Shown here piece after piece: positions 23,732-35,929 of a DNA stretch of 38,166 nt. The DNA is from Nemertoderma westbladi (lineage: Eukaryota; Animalia; Xenacoelomorpha): contig JAUCBJ010005446.1 of assembly GCA_032718475.1 (NCBI GenBank), positions 1-38,166 on the forward strand, in the 5' to 3' direction. The notes under the pieces were generated by a model. The model saw nothing but the letters and a program-made list of their open reading frames with translations. It was not told the origin of the DNA and searched no databases. The position numbers and the translations under genes were made by a program. Every line of letters begins with the position of its first letter. Position 1 is the first letter of the stretch.

Positions 23732-24756
23732 CAGGGACAGGATACGATACGATACGATACGAATGCAATTATGAGAAAATACGATACGATACGAAAAATC
23801 CAAGATACGATATGAAATACGTATAAAATTCGTATCGTATTTTATCTGCTGTTAAGAGTTGATAAATATTGTATTGTATTTTGTATTACACTTCGAAAAT
23901 CATATAAATATCTATATAATAGGCAAATATTATTCATTTTAATGTTTCAGTCCAGTATGCTTACTACATCAATAGTGTGTCTACTGGCTACATCGGCCCA
24001 ATAGTAGGCGTTGACGTATTACCATGCCACTTTATGCATACACTGCACTGCAGCTGTAGGGCTACTGCCGTTATTTATGGAATAATTTTGAATTTGATCA
24101 TGGACTTCTAGAATATTAATTTATACCATTAAATAACATTCTGTAACATTCTAGTAATGTTAAGTAATGTTCTAGTAACATTCTAGGTATAAATAACATT
24201 CTAGAAGTCCATGATTTGATGTACCAATATGGAATAAAATTGAAAATTTCAATTTCGAAGTCAAACAAATACTAGAATAAAACTGTTTTATTTCAAAACA
24301 AAAATGTTTTATTTATTTTATTCTCTCACTAGAATACTTTATCATAACATCAATGCCTTGTAGGCGCGATTACTTACCCTTACAAGTATATTTAACCTGT
24401 TATTATATTATATTTCAGTGGACTCTTTATTCTACAGTTAATTACAATGTGATTAACTATCTTAACGGTCTTACACATTTTATTGACATAATAAAACTAT
24501 AAGCTGCAAATTAATTTTTACACAAATTATTGAGAAAATAAATGTAATAAATGATCTCTGGTTTGACTGTTGAAAACATTAATATTTACAAAATAATAAG
24601 ATACAAAAATATGCGATACGAAATGCGCAAAATATTTATTCGTATTATACGATACGAAGTCAATTTTTGTGATACGATACGAAATTCGATACGAATAAAA
24701 TACTGCGATACGAAATACGAAAATCCATTTTCGTATCGTATCGTATCCTGTCCCTG
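23732..24756. mobile_element. hAT-type MITE with (GATAC)n subterminal repeats, inserted into an RTE 3' fragment
   Basis: TIRs CAGGGACAGGATACGATACGATACG / CGTATCGTATCGTATCCTGTCCCTG; 8-bp TSD CTAGCCTG vs CCAGCCTG (7/8 match); the flanks rejoin into contiguous RTE sequence. Confidence 0.85.
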
Positions 24757-25060
24757 CCAGCCTGTACACAATCTTGTACTTTGGCAGCCCCAAGGAGAAA
24801 ATAAGCATGGTGGATGACTTTCTTGAGACGCCTCCTAAAGGACACCGGCCTTGAAGATGCGGATAATCTTGCGAAAGTCATGGTGGATAAGGAGTTGTGG
24901 CGGTGTAACTTTGTTGATAAGCCGGCATAGCATTCTTAAAACACGCTGCGTTGGGCTTGCTAATTATTGTGGATTGCATGGTCATGGCAAAAATATTCTT
25001 GTTCAGCCGGCATAGCATCTCAATGTGCAGCTTCAATGCAGCAGTCCGATTATATTATAG
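24757..25060 (+). mobile_element. RTE 3' end fragment (continuing from ~23697-23731)
   Basis: QPVHNLVLWQPQGENKHGG..TFLRRLLKDTGLEDADNLAKV, matching 14597-14800. Confidence 0.85.
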
Positions 25061-25639
25061 AAATGTGTCAACGAGGCACACTTTCGACGCAATCAAATTC
25101 ATACCCTCCCATAAGAAAATCTACGCAAAATATGATAACTATAGAATAACGTGCCACTGTAGCCTGATCCTTTCTTTTGATTGCTAGTTTACATATAAAT
25201 TTGCAAGATGGTATTTGCGCCCCCCCCCCCCCCCCATGTCTCGTATGTTTATAATAATGTTTGCGGCAGTAACTTAAACGTTTTGTTGGTTTAGTTAAAT
25301 TTCTCATAAAAAACACCAAGCAGGACCAGTAATCAACCAACCCAGTCCAAAACTCCTGATCTCATTAATTCCCTTTTGAACGATGACTATTTGGGTAAGC
25401 ATAGCAACTTGATGTTTGCACATCTTAATTATGTTAGTTGGTGTCGATAAAACTCAATGCATATCGATTGCTTTTACGATGAGATGTAAATATATGTCAA
25501 TCTTGATAAGGGGGATACTTGACAGGGAAGTGTTTGTATTTGACAGGGAAAAGACAGTCGCAAAGGTGATATTAATTTGGCAACTTGTTAGAGATCTCCC
25601 AGCCATTATTGTGAGTGTGACCGCATGAGCACGAGCAAG

Positions 25640-26000
25640 TGAGTGACCGGCTGGACTTCAGGGTAGAGCTGGGTTTCAGAAATTATCTACCACCATATGG
25701 TAATGCACTTCATTGCTTTGTGGATTATCCAACATTGTGTATTCTGTGTAACATTACGGTATGCGATCTGGTTTCAGTAGCAAGGAACCATATCAAGGAA
25801 CACCTCATAACTGGACTGGAACAGACTTCATTGCTGCGGTGAACAAGTTCTACCTCAGTAATTACACAAATGATCTTATTTCCATGAAATACTGGACAGC
25901 TAGTTGATGGCAGACGATGCTTTATCTTTGCGGAAATGGAGGTCTTCTGTCCAACACCAGAGATAACAGAAACCGTTAACATGACCTACAGTTCGTCCCA
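25640..26000 (-). mobile_element. Old, degenerate RTE-like LINE remnant
   Basis: Minus-strand frames give VNGFCYL..EDLHFRKDKASSAIN.LSSI..NLFTAAMKSV..YGS, paralleling VDNFCYLG..EDLRIRKGRAWAALNRLSRI..LFRAAVVAVLLYGS in the younger copy. Confidence 0.5.
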
Positions 26001-26817
26001 TAGACGTTGTTATTCCTACCAATCAACTCTCGGTCATAAGCAGCAATATTCATAGAAAGTAGTTGTCTTGCTATTGACATAATTGGAAGTAGCTTCTACG
26101 CTGCGTGTTAACGTTTGAACTTCCACAAGTGTCTCAGACAGAACACCAATGTCTTCAGTAAATACGGAATTTGGTAACATGTATGTCTGGCAATCGATGG
26201 CTTTATGGCAAAGGGGTCTCCCTGAATGAAACCCCCCAAATGTCTAACTAATTGTGATAAGTGGCAACTAATTCCTAGTACTTAAATACAGACATTTCTT
26301 CAGTGGTTGTTCCGAGTACCGGAAATCAACCTAAGTGATTCTACCCCTTTATAGGCTGAATTCCATTCAATTATCAGCAGTCAGTCCGATTCAACACGAT
26401 TCTGTTGAATCGCTTTTCTGGGATCGATATCTGATTAATTCCATAATATGGGAAGTTTTTCGCCACAAATATTACCATTTTCGATAGTTAAACAAAACGT
26501 CTCGATCGGCAAATACAGCACCGTTTAATAAAATATAAGCACTAAACAACTTGAACAACTAAATTCATAAATTGATTAAATCTATTGACAAATAGTTAAA
26601 ACCAATAACAAACAATTATATAGCACAATAATTCAGTGATAACAGAGTGGAACAATTATTGACGCGGTGGGACGTGACTGTAACTGGTGGTGACGCGGAT
26701 GAAACTGGTGATAACGCGGCAGGATCAATGATCACGCGGACGGAACCGGTGATCATTTGGGTGGAACAGCCGATACGATAACAGAATACATCGAACCTCC
26801 AATAACTAAATCCCGGA

Positions 26818-27949
26818 TCACGTGACGGGATCCAGGGTAACGATGAGTTCGTTATCCCCCACTGTATCTCCGACAGCCAAGTGAATGGAGGCCACGACGC
26901 CAGCGGTTTCCGCCAGCAAGGAGTTTTGCATCTTCATTGCCTCGACGACGCAGACCTCCTGTCCCGGAACGACCCGCTGCCCCGGTTCCACGGACACCGA
27001 TATCAGCGAGCCGGGCATCGGGGAGCGAACCTCGAGGCCGGAGTTCGTCGCGTCCCGTCGCGACGGCATGGTCGCTAGGTAACCGTGGTAACGGGCGTCC
27101 ATGGCGTGGCAACGGAATGCGGTCCCGTGGTAACGCAGGGAGACAGCGCCGTCGGAGTGCCGCTCCAACAGCTGCATGAGAAGCGACGACTCGTTAACAA
27201 CCAATGGAATCGCCCCGTCATCGACGGAGAAATCGTGGATGAGAAACTCCTCGTTGTCGATCCGAACCCGGAAGATCCCGTCCACAAACCGAACCTCCGC
27301 CAACGGTGACTCACCCTCGAGCATAACAACCACCAACCAATTGCTCGTAGACTTAGAATAGGAGCTCACTGATTGGTTAATAAATTCTGAGGAGTTAATT
27401 TCACCTTTAATATAGAAACAAGCGGCTATAGCAGCGAGTTGGTAAACCTCGTAAGGGCTTAGTCGCTTCCCTTTGAAACCGTCCGGGTAGACAAGTTGCA
27501 GATAGTCTGTGGTGACGTCACCAGCGATAAAGCGCTCTTCCACGAGGATGTCTCGGAGGAGCGCCACGTTGTGGAGGAGTCCGCGGATGACGTAGCGATC
27601 CAAGGCCTCGCAGGAGGTCCGCAACGCCTCCGTGCGGTTCACGCCGTAACCCACGAGTTTGGAGATCATGCTATCGTAGTAGATGGAAATCTCGGAACCC
27701 TCGTCGACGCCGCCGTCGACTCGGACGTTGGGCATGTCGGGCTCGATGTACCGGTGCAGTCGTCCCACCGACGGGAGGCCGAAGCTACGGTACGGGTCCT
27801 CCGCGTATACGCGGCACTCTACCGCGTGGCCCTTGAGCTGCACGTCGGATTGGCTGTATTCCAGAGGTAAACCTCTACCGACTCGCAACATCTGGTAAAC
27901 TATGTCGATCCCCGTCGTACATTCCGTTATGGGATGCTCCACCTGCAAT
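26818..27949 (-). CDS. PCCA: Propionyl-CoA carboxylase alpha chain, terminal exon (biotin carboxylase C-term, BT and biotinyl domains)
   Basis: LQVEHPITECTTGIDIV...GHAVECRVYAEDPY.SFGLPSVGRL...GSEISIYYDSMISKL...RSPMPG...VVEAMKMQNSL (biotinylation motif AMKM); acceptor TTAG directly upstream. Confidence 0.93.
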
Positions 27950-28161
27950 CTAATTATAATTGCTGAATGAATATAATATAATATTACTAATTATTCATTA
28001 TGAATAATTTTCAGCAATTTATTTTTGACTTTTCTCAAAAAAAGGTATAATAAAATATATACCATTTGGTACACCCGCCAATTTGTATTTTGAAAATTTT
28101 AACAGAAAATCCGATCGGTTATTGGAAATAAGTGCAATATTATGGTTTTGTTCAGAAATGG

Positions 28162-28260
28162 AAAAAATTAGAAAGCGCGACACCGGGGGTTGAACCAGCG
28201 CTATACGTACGTTTCAGCCTATCAGGCCTCATCAGTAGTGCTAACCAGTTCAGCCACTTG
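28162..28260 (-). ncRNA. tRNA-like Pol III unit with a minimal type I hammerhead ribozyme (28197-28242) between the A and B boxes
   Basis: Minus strand: TGGCTGAACTGG (A box) tt AGCACTA CTGATGA GGCCT-gat-AGGCT GAAAC-GTAC-GTA TAGCGCT GGTTCAACCCC (B box) ... TTTTTT. Stem I pairs 6/7, stem II 5 bp, stem III palindromic ACGTACGT. Confidence 0.88.
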
Positions 28261-28469
28261 TCCCTGACATTCACTCTCCCACCTAATCCACTTCTATTGA
28301 ACGGGCAGTCTTAAGTTGCATATATTCTATCTCTAACAGCGGACCTACCGGCCTCAAGTATGTTAGAGTGAAACAGGAGGGAAGTACAAATAAATAAATA
28401 TTCAGCTCGAGTATTGCTGCCAGGTGATAATAATCAATTAATTGGAAATAAGAGACATCGAATATCCGG

Positions 28470-28912
28470 TACCATCTCGATTGCTGCAAAGCTATACAAT
28501 AGAATTCTATTAAATCGCATCAGGGATCCCATTGAGAGACTGCTCCAAAGCCATATCCTCTTGCAGGACATTGCTTTCGCCGTGAGGACCCCCAGCCAGT
28601 GCATAATCTTGTACTTTGGCAGCCTCATGGAGTGAATAATAATGGTTGACAGCCCATGACTTTCTTGAGACGCATCTTAAAGGACACTGGCCTTGAAGAT
28701 GTGGATGATCTAGCAAATGTCATGGGCGATAGAGAGTGTTGTGGCGACGCAATTTTGTTGACAAGCCGGCACAGCATTCTTAATGTACGCTGCATTGGAG
28801 CATACCAATTATTGTGGATAAAAATTGCTTGGTGGTGACAAAATGTTTTTATTAAACTGGCATAGCCTCTCAATGTGCAGCTGCAATGCAGCAGGCCGAT
28901 TATAGTAGTAGT
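28470..28912 (+). mobile_element. Internally deleted RTE derivative in a PCCA intron (antisense to PCCA)
   Basis: ISIAAKLYNRILLNRIRDPIERLL (equivalent to 13473-13546) is joined to the 3' region (equivalent to 14568-14805), omitting about 1 kb of RT core. Confidence 0.85.
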
Positions 28913-28944
28913 ATAACAATATATTACAATAAAACAACACACAC

Positions 28945-29108
28945 CTCGTATTCATTTCCAAAAAGTAAAATTTTTTATTTTTATCAACAAGAAACTCTAC
29001 AGTCCCGGCGCCATGGTAACCCACAGACAGAGCCAATGAAATAGCTTGTTTGCCCATTGCGTCTCTCATTGGTTGATCAACAATCGTACTTGGAGCCTCT
29101 TCTATAAC
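28945..29108 (-). CDS. PCCA: PCCA exon
   Basis: [55 protein letters not shown]; AG/GT borders. Confidence 0.94.
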
Positions 29109-29287
29109 CTAATGAAATAATTGAATTGTAAGTATTACAACTACCGGTGTGTAACACAATAACAGGTACATAGATGTTTTGAAAAATTAAGATAATAAGG
29201 TAGGCTAGTGAAAAAGCAACACATTGAGGAATAACAATCTACAAATCGATTAACTAAGATATCTTAAGTACTCCCAATGTTCAATAT

Positions 29288-29366
29288 ATCTAGCTCAGTT
29301 GAAGAGTTATCACACGGCCTGTGAGATGCCGCTGGTTCGAAACCAGGTCCCAGCGATCATTTTTTG
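29288..29366 (+). mobile_element. tRNA-derived SINE head / tRNA pseudogene
   Basis: A box TAGCTCAGTTG (29291), B box GGTTCGAAACC (~29334-29344), T-run terminator ~29360-29366; no intact cloverleaf and no hammerhead core. Confidence 0.55.
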
Positions 29367-30264
29367 TCACAGGTTCTACCCATATGGTTCGGTTATTCTA
29401 TTTGAAACTCACCAGCGGTTGTAGGACTTCAACACTAATAATATACATTATATGTATGGTTTATTGGTTTACGTATTTATGATTGGGTGAGTAAGAATTT
29501 ATATTTTCGATTTCTAACTTATTTTACAAGCATTTGAAAAAGAATGTCAATCGATTCCTACTACAATCGGCACCTACTGTTCATATTTTTTGTCCTTATA
29601 GTTATTTATAGGTACCGATAGAAAGATGACGATACTGATGTTTTCCGTTCAAGGATTCCGAAATTAAATATCGTTGATAAATAGCTGATTTATTGGCGAT
29701 CTTAGTTGTATGTTTCGTTGATAAAGCTAATGGGCTGAAAAAATTGCAGAATTTATTTTACGAAAATAATGTTTAAAATTTTTGTCTGACTTTTTAACTT
29801 ATTCTTTATTTAACTATTTCGCTTTAGCTTTTACTGATTTTATTTTAAAGCTTGTACCATTTCGAGGATTTGACTAGATGATATTCCAGAACGTTAATCA
29901 AATAATAAAACCAAAAATGCTAAATTAAACTAGCCTCGCAAAAGATCATACAATTAAACATTTAACTGCTAAATTGATAAATAATTAACAACGTAATTAC
30001 TGATCGCTAATTGGATATATTTTATTATCCGCATTTTTGGAAGAATCTTGATAATTAATTTATTGACCGCAAAATGCGGACAGAAAAGTCTTTATTTTAA
30101 AAATAATTAAGAAATATTTTAAATAAAATATGTTTAAGAGTAATATGCTTTACTATTCCTCGAAAATACATAAAGTCTGACAAAAAACGTTGAGGCTTTC
30201 TTTTTGTAAAATAAATAGTTATTTCTGCAAAAAATGCGATACCGATATATTTTAACAAACTGAC

Positions 30265-30339
30265 CTTTTGGTTTCGTCTCTGGATCGAGCATTCCCGTTC
30301 ATTGAGATGAATTGCGTTGCCAAGTGTGTCACATAGAAT
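30265..30339 (-). CDS. PCCA: PCCA exon
   Basis: [25 protein letters not shown]; AG/GT borders, phase 0. Confidence 0.94.
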
Positions 30340-30822
30340 CTAGAAAATAAAACAAAGTTAATAAACCAAAACTGTATGGTAGATTCGTTTTGTACGAATA
30401 GATTATTCTACCGTATTCTACCGAATACGGGAAATATAAAACGGGAAAGAACCCACCTCATCCTCAGATGTACATATTTATCACATCTACATATTATGCG
30501 ATGAAGATAGCATGCGATGAAGGGGGAATATAACATATCTCTCAATACAACAACCATTTTTTGCAGGTCGGAGCCCAAATCCAATCCCAACCTAATTTTT
30601 CAAATTTCAATCATATGATACGAAATTTGGTATGAAGATAGTTTGACAATTTTTCTCGCTGCTGGCAGAGCGGGATTTTTCAATTTTCAAATTATTTCGC
30701 TACAACAATCCGTTAAGCAATTAAGCAATATTCTATTTAGCAATATTTAACCATCTCTGTTGTCTTTTAATATTGGTTAGCTGTACACAGTGGGTTAGGT
30801 TTAACCCCATTGGTTAGCACTA

Positions 30823-33800
30823 CAGTGAGTTCACCTGATTGGTTAGCAGTGGGATGTATTAACAGTGCAGTAGGTCACCGTGGGATGCATTAACAGTGCA
30901 GTAGGTCACCGTGGGATGCATTAACAGTGCAGTAGGTCACCGTGGGATGCATTAACAGTGCAGTAGGTCACCGTGGGATGCATTAACAGTGCAGTAGGTC
31001 ACCGTGGGATGCATTAACAGTGCAGTAGGTCACCGTGGGATGCATTAACAGTGCAGTAGGTCACCGTGGGATGCATTAACAGTGCAGTAGGTCACCGTGG
31101 GATGCATTAACAGTGCAGTAGGTCACCGTGGGATGCATTAACAGTGCAGTAGGTCACCGTGGGATGCATTAACAGTGCAGTAGGTCACCGTGGGATGCAT
31201 TAACAGTGCAGTAGGTCACCGTGGGATGCATTAACAGTGCAGTAGGTCACCGTGGGATGCATTAACAGTGCAGTAGGTCACCGTGGGATGCATTAACAGT
31301 GCAGTAGGTCACCGTGGGATGCATTAACAGTGCAGTAGGTCACCGTGGGATGCATTAACAGTGCAGTAGGTCACCGTGGGATGCATTAACAGTGCAGTAG
31401 GTCACCGTGGGATGCATTAACAGTGCAGTAGGTCACCGTGGGATGCATTAACAGTGTAGTAGGTCACCTGATTGGTTAGTAGTGGGATACATTAACAGTG
31501 CAGTATGTCACCTGATTGGTTAGCAGTGGGATACATTAACAGTGCAGTAGGTCACCTGATTGGTTAGCAGTGGGATACATTAACAGTGTAGTAGGTCACC
31601 TGATTGGTTAGCAGTGGGATACATTAACAGTGCAGTAGGTCACCTGATTGGTTAGCAGTGGGATACATTAACAGTGCAGTAGGTCACCGTGGGATGCATT
31701 AACAGTGCAGTAGGTCACCGTGGGATGTATTAACAGTGCAGTAGGTCACCGTGGGATGCATTAACAGTGCAGTAGGTCACCGTGGGATGCATTAACAGTG
31801 CAGTAGGTCACCGTGGGATGCATTAACAGTGCAGTAGGTCACCGTGGGATACATTAACAGTGCAGTAGGTCACCGTGGGATGCATTAACAGTGCAGTAGG
31901 TCACCGTGGGATGCATTAACAGTGCAGTAGGTCACCGTGGGATGCATTAACAGTGCAGTAGGTCACCGTGGGATGCATTAACAGTACAGTAGGTCACCGT
32001 GGGATGCATTAACAGTGCAGTAGGTCACCGTGGGATGCATTGACAGTGCAGTAGGTCACCGTGGGATGCATTAACAGTGCAGTAGGTCACCGTGGGATGC
32101 ATTAACAGTGCAGTAGGTCACCGTGGGATGCATTAACAGTGCACTAGGTCACCGTGGGATGCATTAACAGTGCAGTAGGTCACCGTGGGATGCATTAACA
32201 GTGCAGTAGGTCACCGTGGGATGCATTAACAGTACAGTAGGTCACCGTGGGATGCATTAACAGTGCAGTAGGTCACCGTGGGATGCATTGACAGTGCAGT
32301 AGGTCACCGTGGGATGCATTAACAGTGCAGTAGGTCACCGTGGGATGCATTAACAGTACAGTAGGTCACCGTGGGATGCATTAACAGTGCAGTAGGTCAC
32401 CGTGGGATGCATTGACAGTGCAGTAGGTCAGTGTGGGATGCATTAACAGTGCAGTAGGTCACCGTGGGATGCATTAACAGTGCAGTAGGTCACCGTGGGA
32501 TGCATTAACAGTGCAGTAGGTCACCGTGGGATGCATTGACAGTGCAGTAGGTCACCGTGAGATACATTATTAACAGTGCAGTAGGTCACCGTGGGATGTA
32601 TTAACAGTGCAGTAGGTCACCGTGGGATGTATTAACAGTGCAGTAGGTCACCGTGGGATGCATTAACAGTGCAGTAGGTCACCGTGGGATGCATTAACAG
32701 TGCAGTAGGTCACCGTGGGATGCATTAACAGTGCAGTAGGTCACCGTGGGATGCATTAACAGTGTAGTAGGTCACCTGATTGGTTAGTAGTGGGATACAT
32801 TAACAGTACAGTAGGTCACCGTGGGATGCATTAACAGTGCAGTAGGTCACCGTGGGATGCATTAACAGTGCAGTAGGTCACCGTGGGATGCATTAACAGT
32901 GCAGTAGGTCACCGTGGGATGCATTGACAGTGCAGTAGGTCACCGTGAGATACATTATTAACAGTGCAGTAGGTCACCGTGGGATGCATTAACAGTGCAG
33001 TAGGTCACCGTGAGATACATTATTAACAGTGCAGTAGGTCACCGTGAGATACATTATTAACAGTGCAGTAGGTCACCGTGGGATGTATTAACAGTGCAGT
33101 AGGTCACCGTGGGATGCATTAACAGTGCAGTAGGTCACCGTGGGATGTATTAACAGTGCAGTAGGTCACCGTGGGATGCATTAACAGTGCAGCAGGTCAC
33201 CGTGGGATGTATTAACAGTGCAGTAGGTCACCGTGGGATGTATTAACAGTGCAGTAGGTCACCGTGGGATGCATTAACAGTGCAGTAGGTCACCGTGGGA
33301 TGCATTAACAGTGCAGTAGGTCACCGCGTGGGATGTATTAACAGTGCAGTAGGTCACCGTGGGATGCATTAACAGTGCAGTAGGTCACCGTGGGATGCAT
33401 TAACAGTGCAGTAGGTCACCGTGGGATGCATTAACAGTGCAGTAGGTCACCGCGTGGGATGTATTAACAGTGCAGTAGGTCACCGTGGGATGCATTAACA
33501 GTGCAGTAGGTCACCGTGGGATGCATTAACAGTGCAGTAGGTCACCGTGGGATGCATTAACAGTGCAGTAGGTCACCGTGGGATACATTAACAGTGCAGT
33601 AGGTCACCTGATTGGTTAGCAGTGGGATACATTAACAGTGCAGTAGGTCACCTGATTGGTTAGCAGTGGGATACATTAACAGTGCAGTAGGTCACCGTGG
33701 GATACATTAACAGTGCAGTAGGTCACCTGATTGGTTAGCAGTGGGATACATTAACAGTGCAGTAGGTCACCTGATTGGTTAGCAGTGGGATACATTAACA

Positions 33801-34155
33801 GTGCAGTAGGTCACCGTGGGATACATTAACAGTGCAGTAGGTCACCTGATTGGTTAGCAGTGGGATACATTAACAGTGCAGTAGGTCACCTGATTGGTTA
33901 GCAGTGGGATACATTAACAGTGCAGTAGGTCACCGTGGGATACATTAACAGTGCAGTAGGTCACCTGATTGGTTAGCAGTGGGATACATTAACAGTGCAG
34001 TAGGTCACCTGATTGGTTAGCAGTGGGATACATTAACAGTGCAGTAGGTCACCTGATTGGTTAGCAGTGGGATACATTAACAGTGCAGTAGGTCACCTGA
34101 TTGGTTAGCAGTGGGATACATTAACAGTGCAGTAGGTCACCTGATTGGTTAGCAG
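30823..34155. repeat. 31-bp satellite with a 44-bp variant (~100 units) filling a PCCA intron
   Basis: Unit GTGGGATGCATTAACAGTGCAGTAGGTCACC; the variant adds TGATTGGTTAGCA. Confidence 0.98.
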
Positions 34156-34174
34156 AACGGTAGATTCACGTTAC

Positions 34175-34399
34175 CTGCATTTCAATGTGTCTCGGATTCT
34201 CGATAAACTTCTCGATGAGAAGTCTGTTGTCCCCGAAGCTACTGAGCGCCTCTTGCGACGAGAGTCTGTATCCCTGAAGCACGTCGGCGTCGTTCCACGC
34301 GATACGCATTCCCTTACCGCCGCCACCGGCTGACGCCTTAATCATAACCGGGTAACCGATAGAGTTAGCGATAGTAACGGCATGGCAAGGTGTCTCAAC
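34175..34399 (-). CDS. PCCA: PCCA exon (ATP-grasp region); upstream exons not found in the window
   Basis: [75 protein letters not shown]. Confidence 0.95.
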
Positions 34400-35790
34400 C
34401 TGGAGGAATTAAAGGGATAACTTTTCATAACAATGGGACTCACAATTAGCAAATATGAACATGCATTTTATACACCACGGCTCGGAATATAATGTTGTAA
34501 TTCAGTGACATGCCCCCACAACCCCCCCCCCCCCCCCCCACCCCCGAAATAAACAACAAATTGTTTTTCTACAAGGAATTTGAAACATAGATAGTTTCAT
34601 ATCTTTATTCCTTCCTGTTTGAGCCAGAATCTTTATTTTCACTTTCAACCTTTAGTGTAGATACAAGCATTAAAAAAGTGTCTCCGGTGATATTTACCTT
34701 ATAAAGTATTATTATATTTACCTTTACATTATACTATGTACTATATGTACTACGTTACACATTATACACCTATGTTAATTAACGGCCCGACAAGTTAACC
34801 GCGTTTATTGATGCCCGTCCGGTATTTTCAGCATCTGTTAAAACGGAACCCAACTTGTAGCAATATCGGAGTTTCGTGACTATGAGAATCATCTGAGATA
34901 TAGGCGTTCAAATAGTGCAATAGTTACCGTTCGGGGGAGGCTATAAGATAATCACAGTATATTACGGGTCATGGTGTACTTTGTGTCAGAGAACTTTATC
35001 GTACAAATTTCAGTACAGTGTAAGTAACTATGGCTGAAAAACTACGATCTGTGATGGCGTATGCCCCCTTTAATGAAATTATGTTGGAATTACGTGAGTG
35101 TCAGTGCGACTTGTGTGATTAATCTCAAATTTAGTCCCAAATTAATCGCCTCATTTTCCTAGCCACTGTTACAGTTTCTAACTATATATGTACAGTCTAC
35201 GAGTTCTACATATTATGTACAAGAATTATTTAATTGTACGTAATTTAATTTCGTGGTAATATATTGTATTATTAATAATCCACACAGCCAATTAATGCCA
35301 TCAGGTAATAAAGTTATCGATTAAAATATAATGTGCGGTGTCCGCACCGTACCGGTAAACTACAAACTGCACACAATTTCAATTAACACCCATAAACATA
35401 AAGCACATAAAGATCGATGAACAAAAGAAGAAAAAGCGCCAAAATCTAGTGTTGACGAGGGGACCACCACCCAAACTCTGGGTTGGTTGGTTGGTTGGTT
35501 GGTTGACGAGGGGACCACCACCCAAACTTTTTAAATGATAAGTTTAGAATTTCGTTAATACGTAATAAATAAAGAGACCCAGCGAAATTAGATTTTTTTA
35601 GATTTTTTGAGACTTACAAGATAATAACTGTCTATATTTACTACTACTATTAGGTCGAGCAAACTCGGATATATTCTATAGGAGTATTACGATTTATGAT
35701 ATTTGTTGAGTTTTATTGGAAATATGATATTTGTTTTGTTGTTTCATTCATTATTTTTAGGTGATTAGTTGCTATGGGTTCCGTTATGGG

Positions 35791-35929
35791 CTAAGCAAAG
35801 CAAAGCAAACAGTCGGCCGAAGCCGGAGGCGACCCGAAGGCACCTCTTTCGATAGCTGCTACCCGAGGGTAGGGGTGGGCGCTACTCCTATCCCAAGATT
35901 GCTCCCAGTTATTTAACTGGTACTTTTAA
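35791..35929 (-). mobile_element. 5'-truncated structured SINE-like retroposon with TSD
   Basis: 10-bp direct repeat CCGTTATGGG at 35781-35790 and 35930-35939; (TTTGC)n tail at the minus-strand 3' end; several GC-rich hairpins. Confidence 0.75.

Noticed and set aside
26852-27898. Alternative-frame and antisense ORFs over the PCCA exon
   Set aside because: Expected shadow ORFs in GC-rich coding sequence; no motifs.
29288-29366. Functional tRNA gene
   Set aside because: A/B boxes are present but the acceptor and anticodon stems do not pair; treated as a SINE head or pseudogene.
30823-34155. CRISPR array (31-bp repeat)
   Set aside because: Units are contiguous without spacers and lie in a spliceosomal intron.
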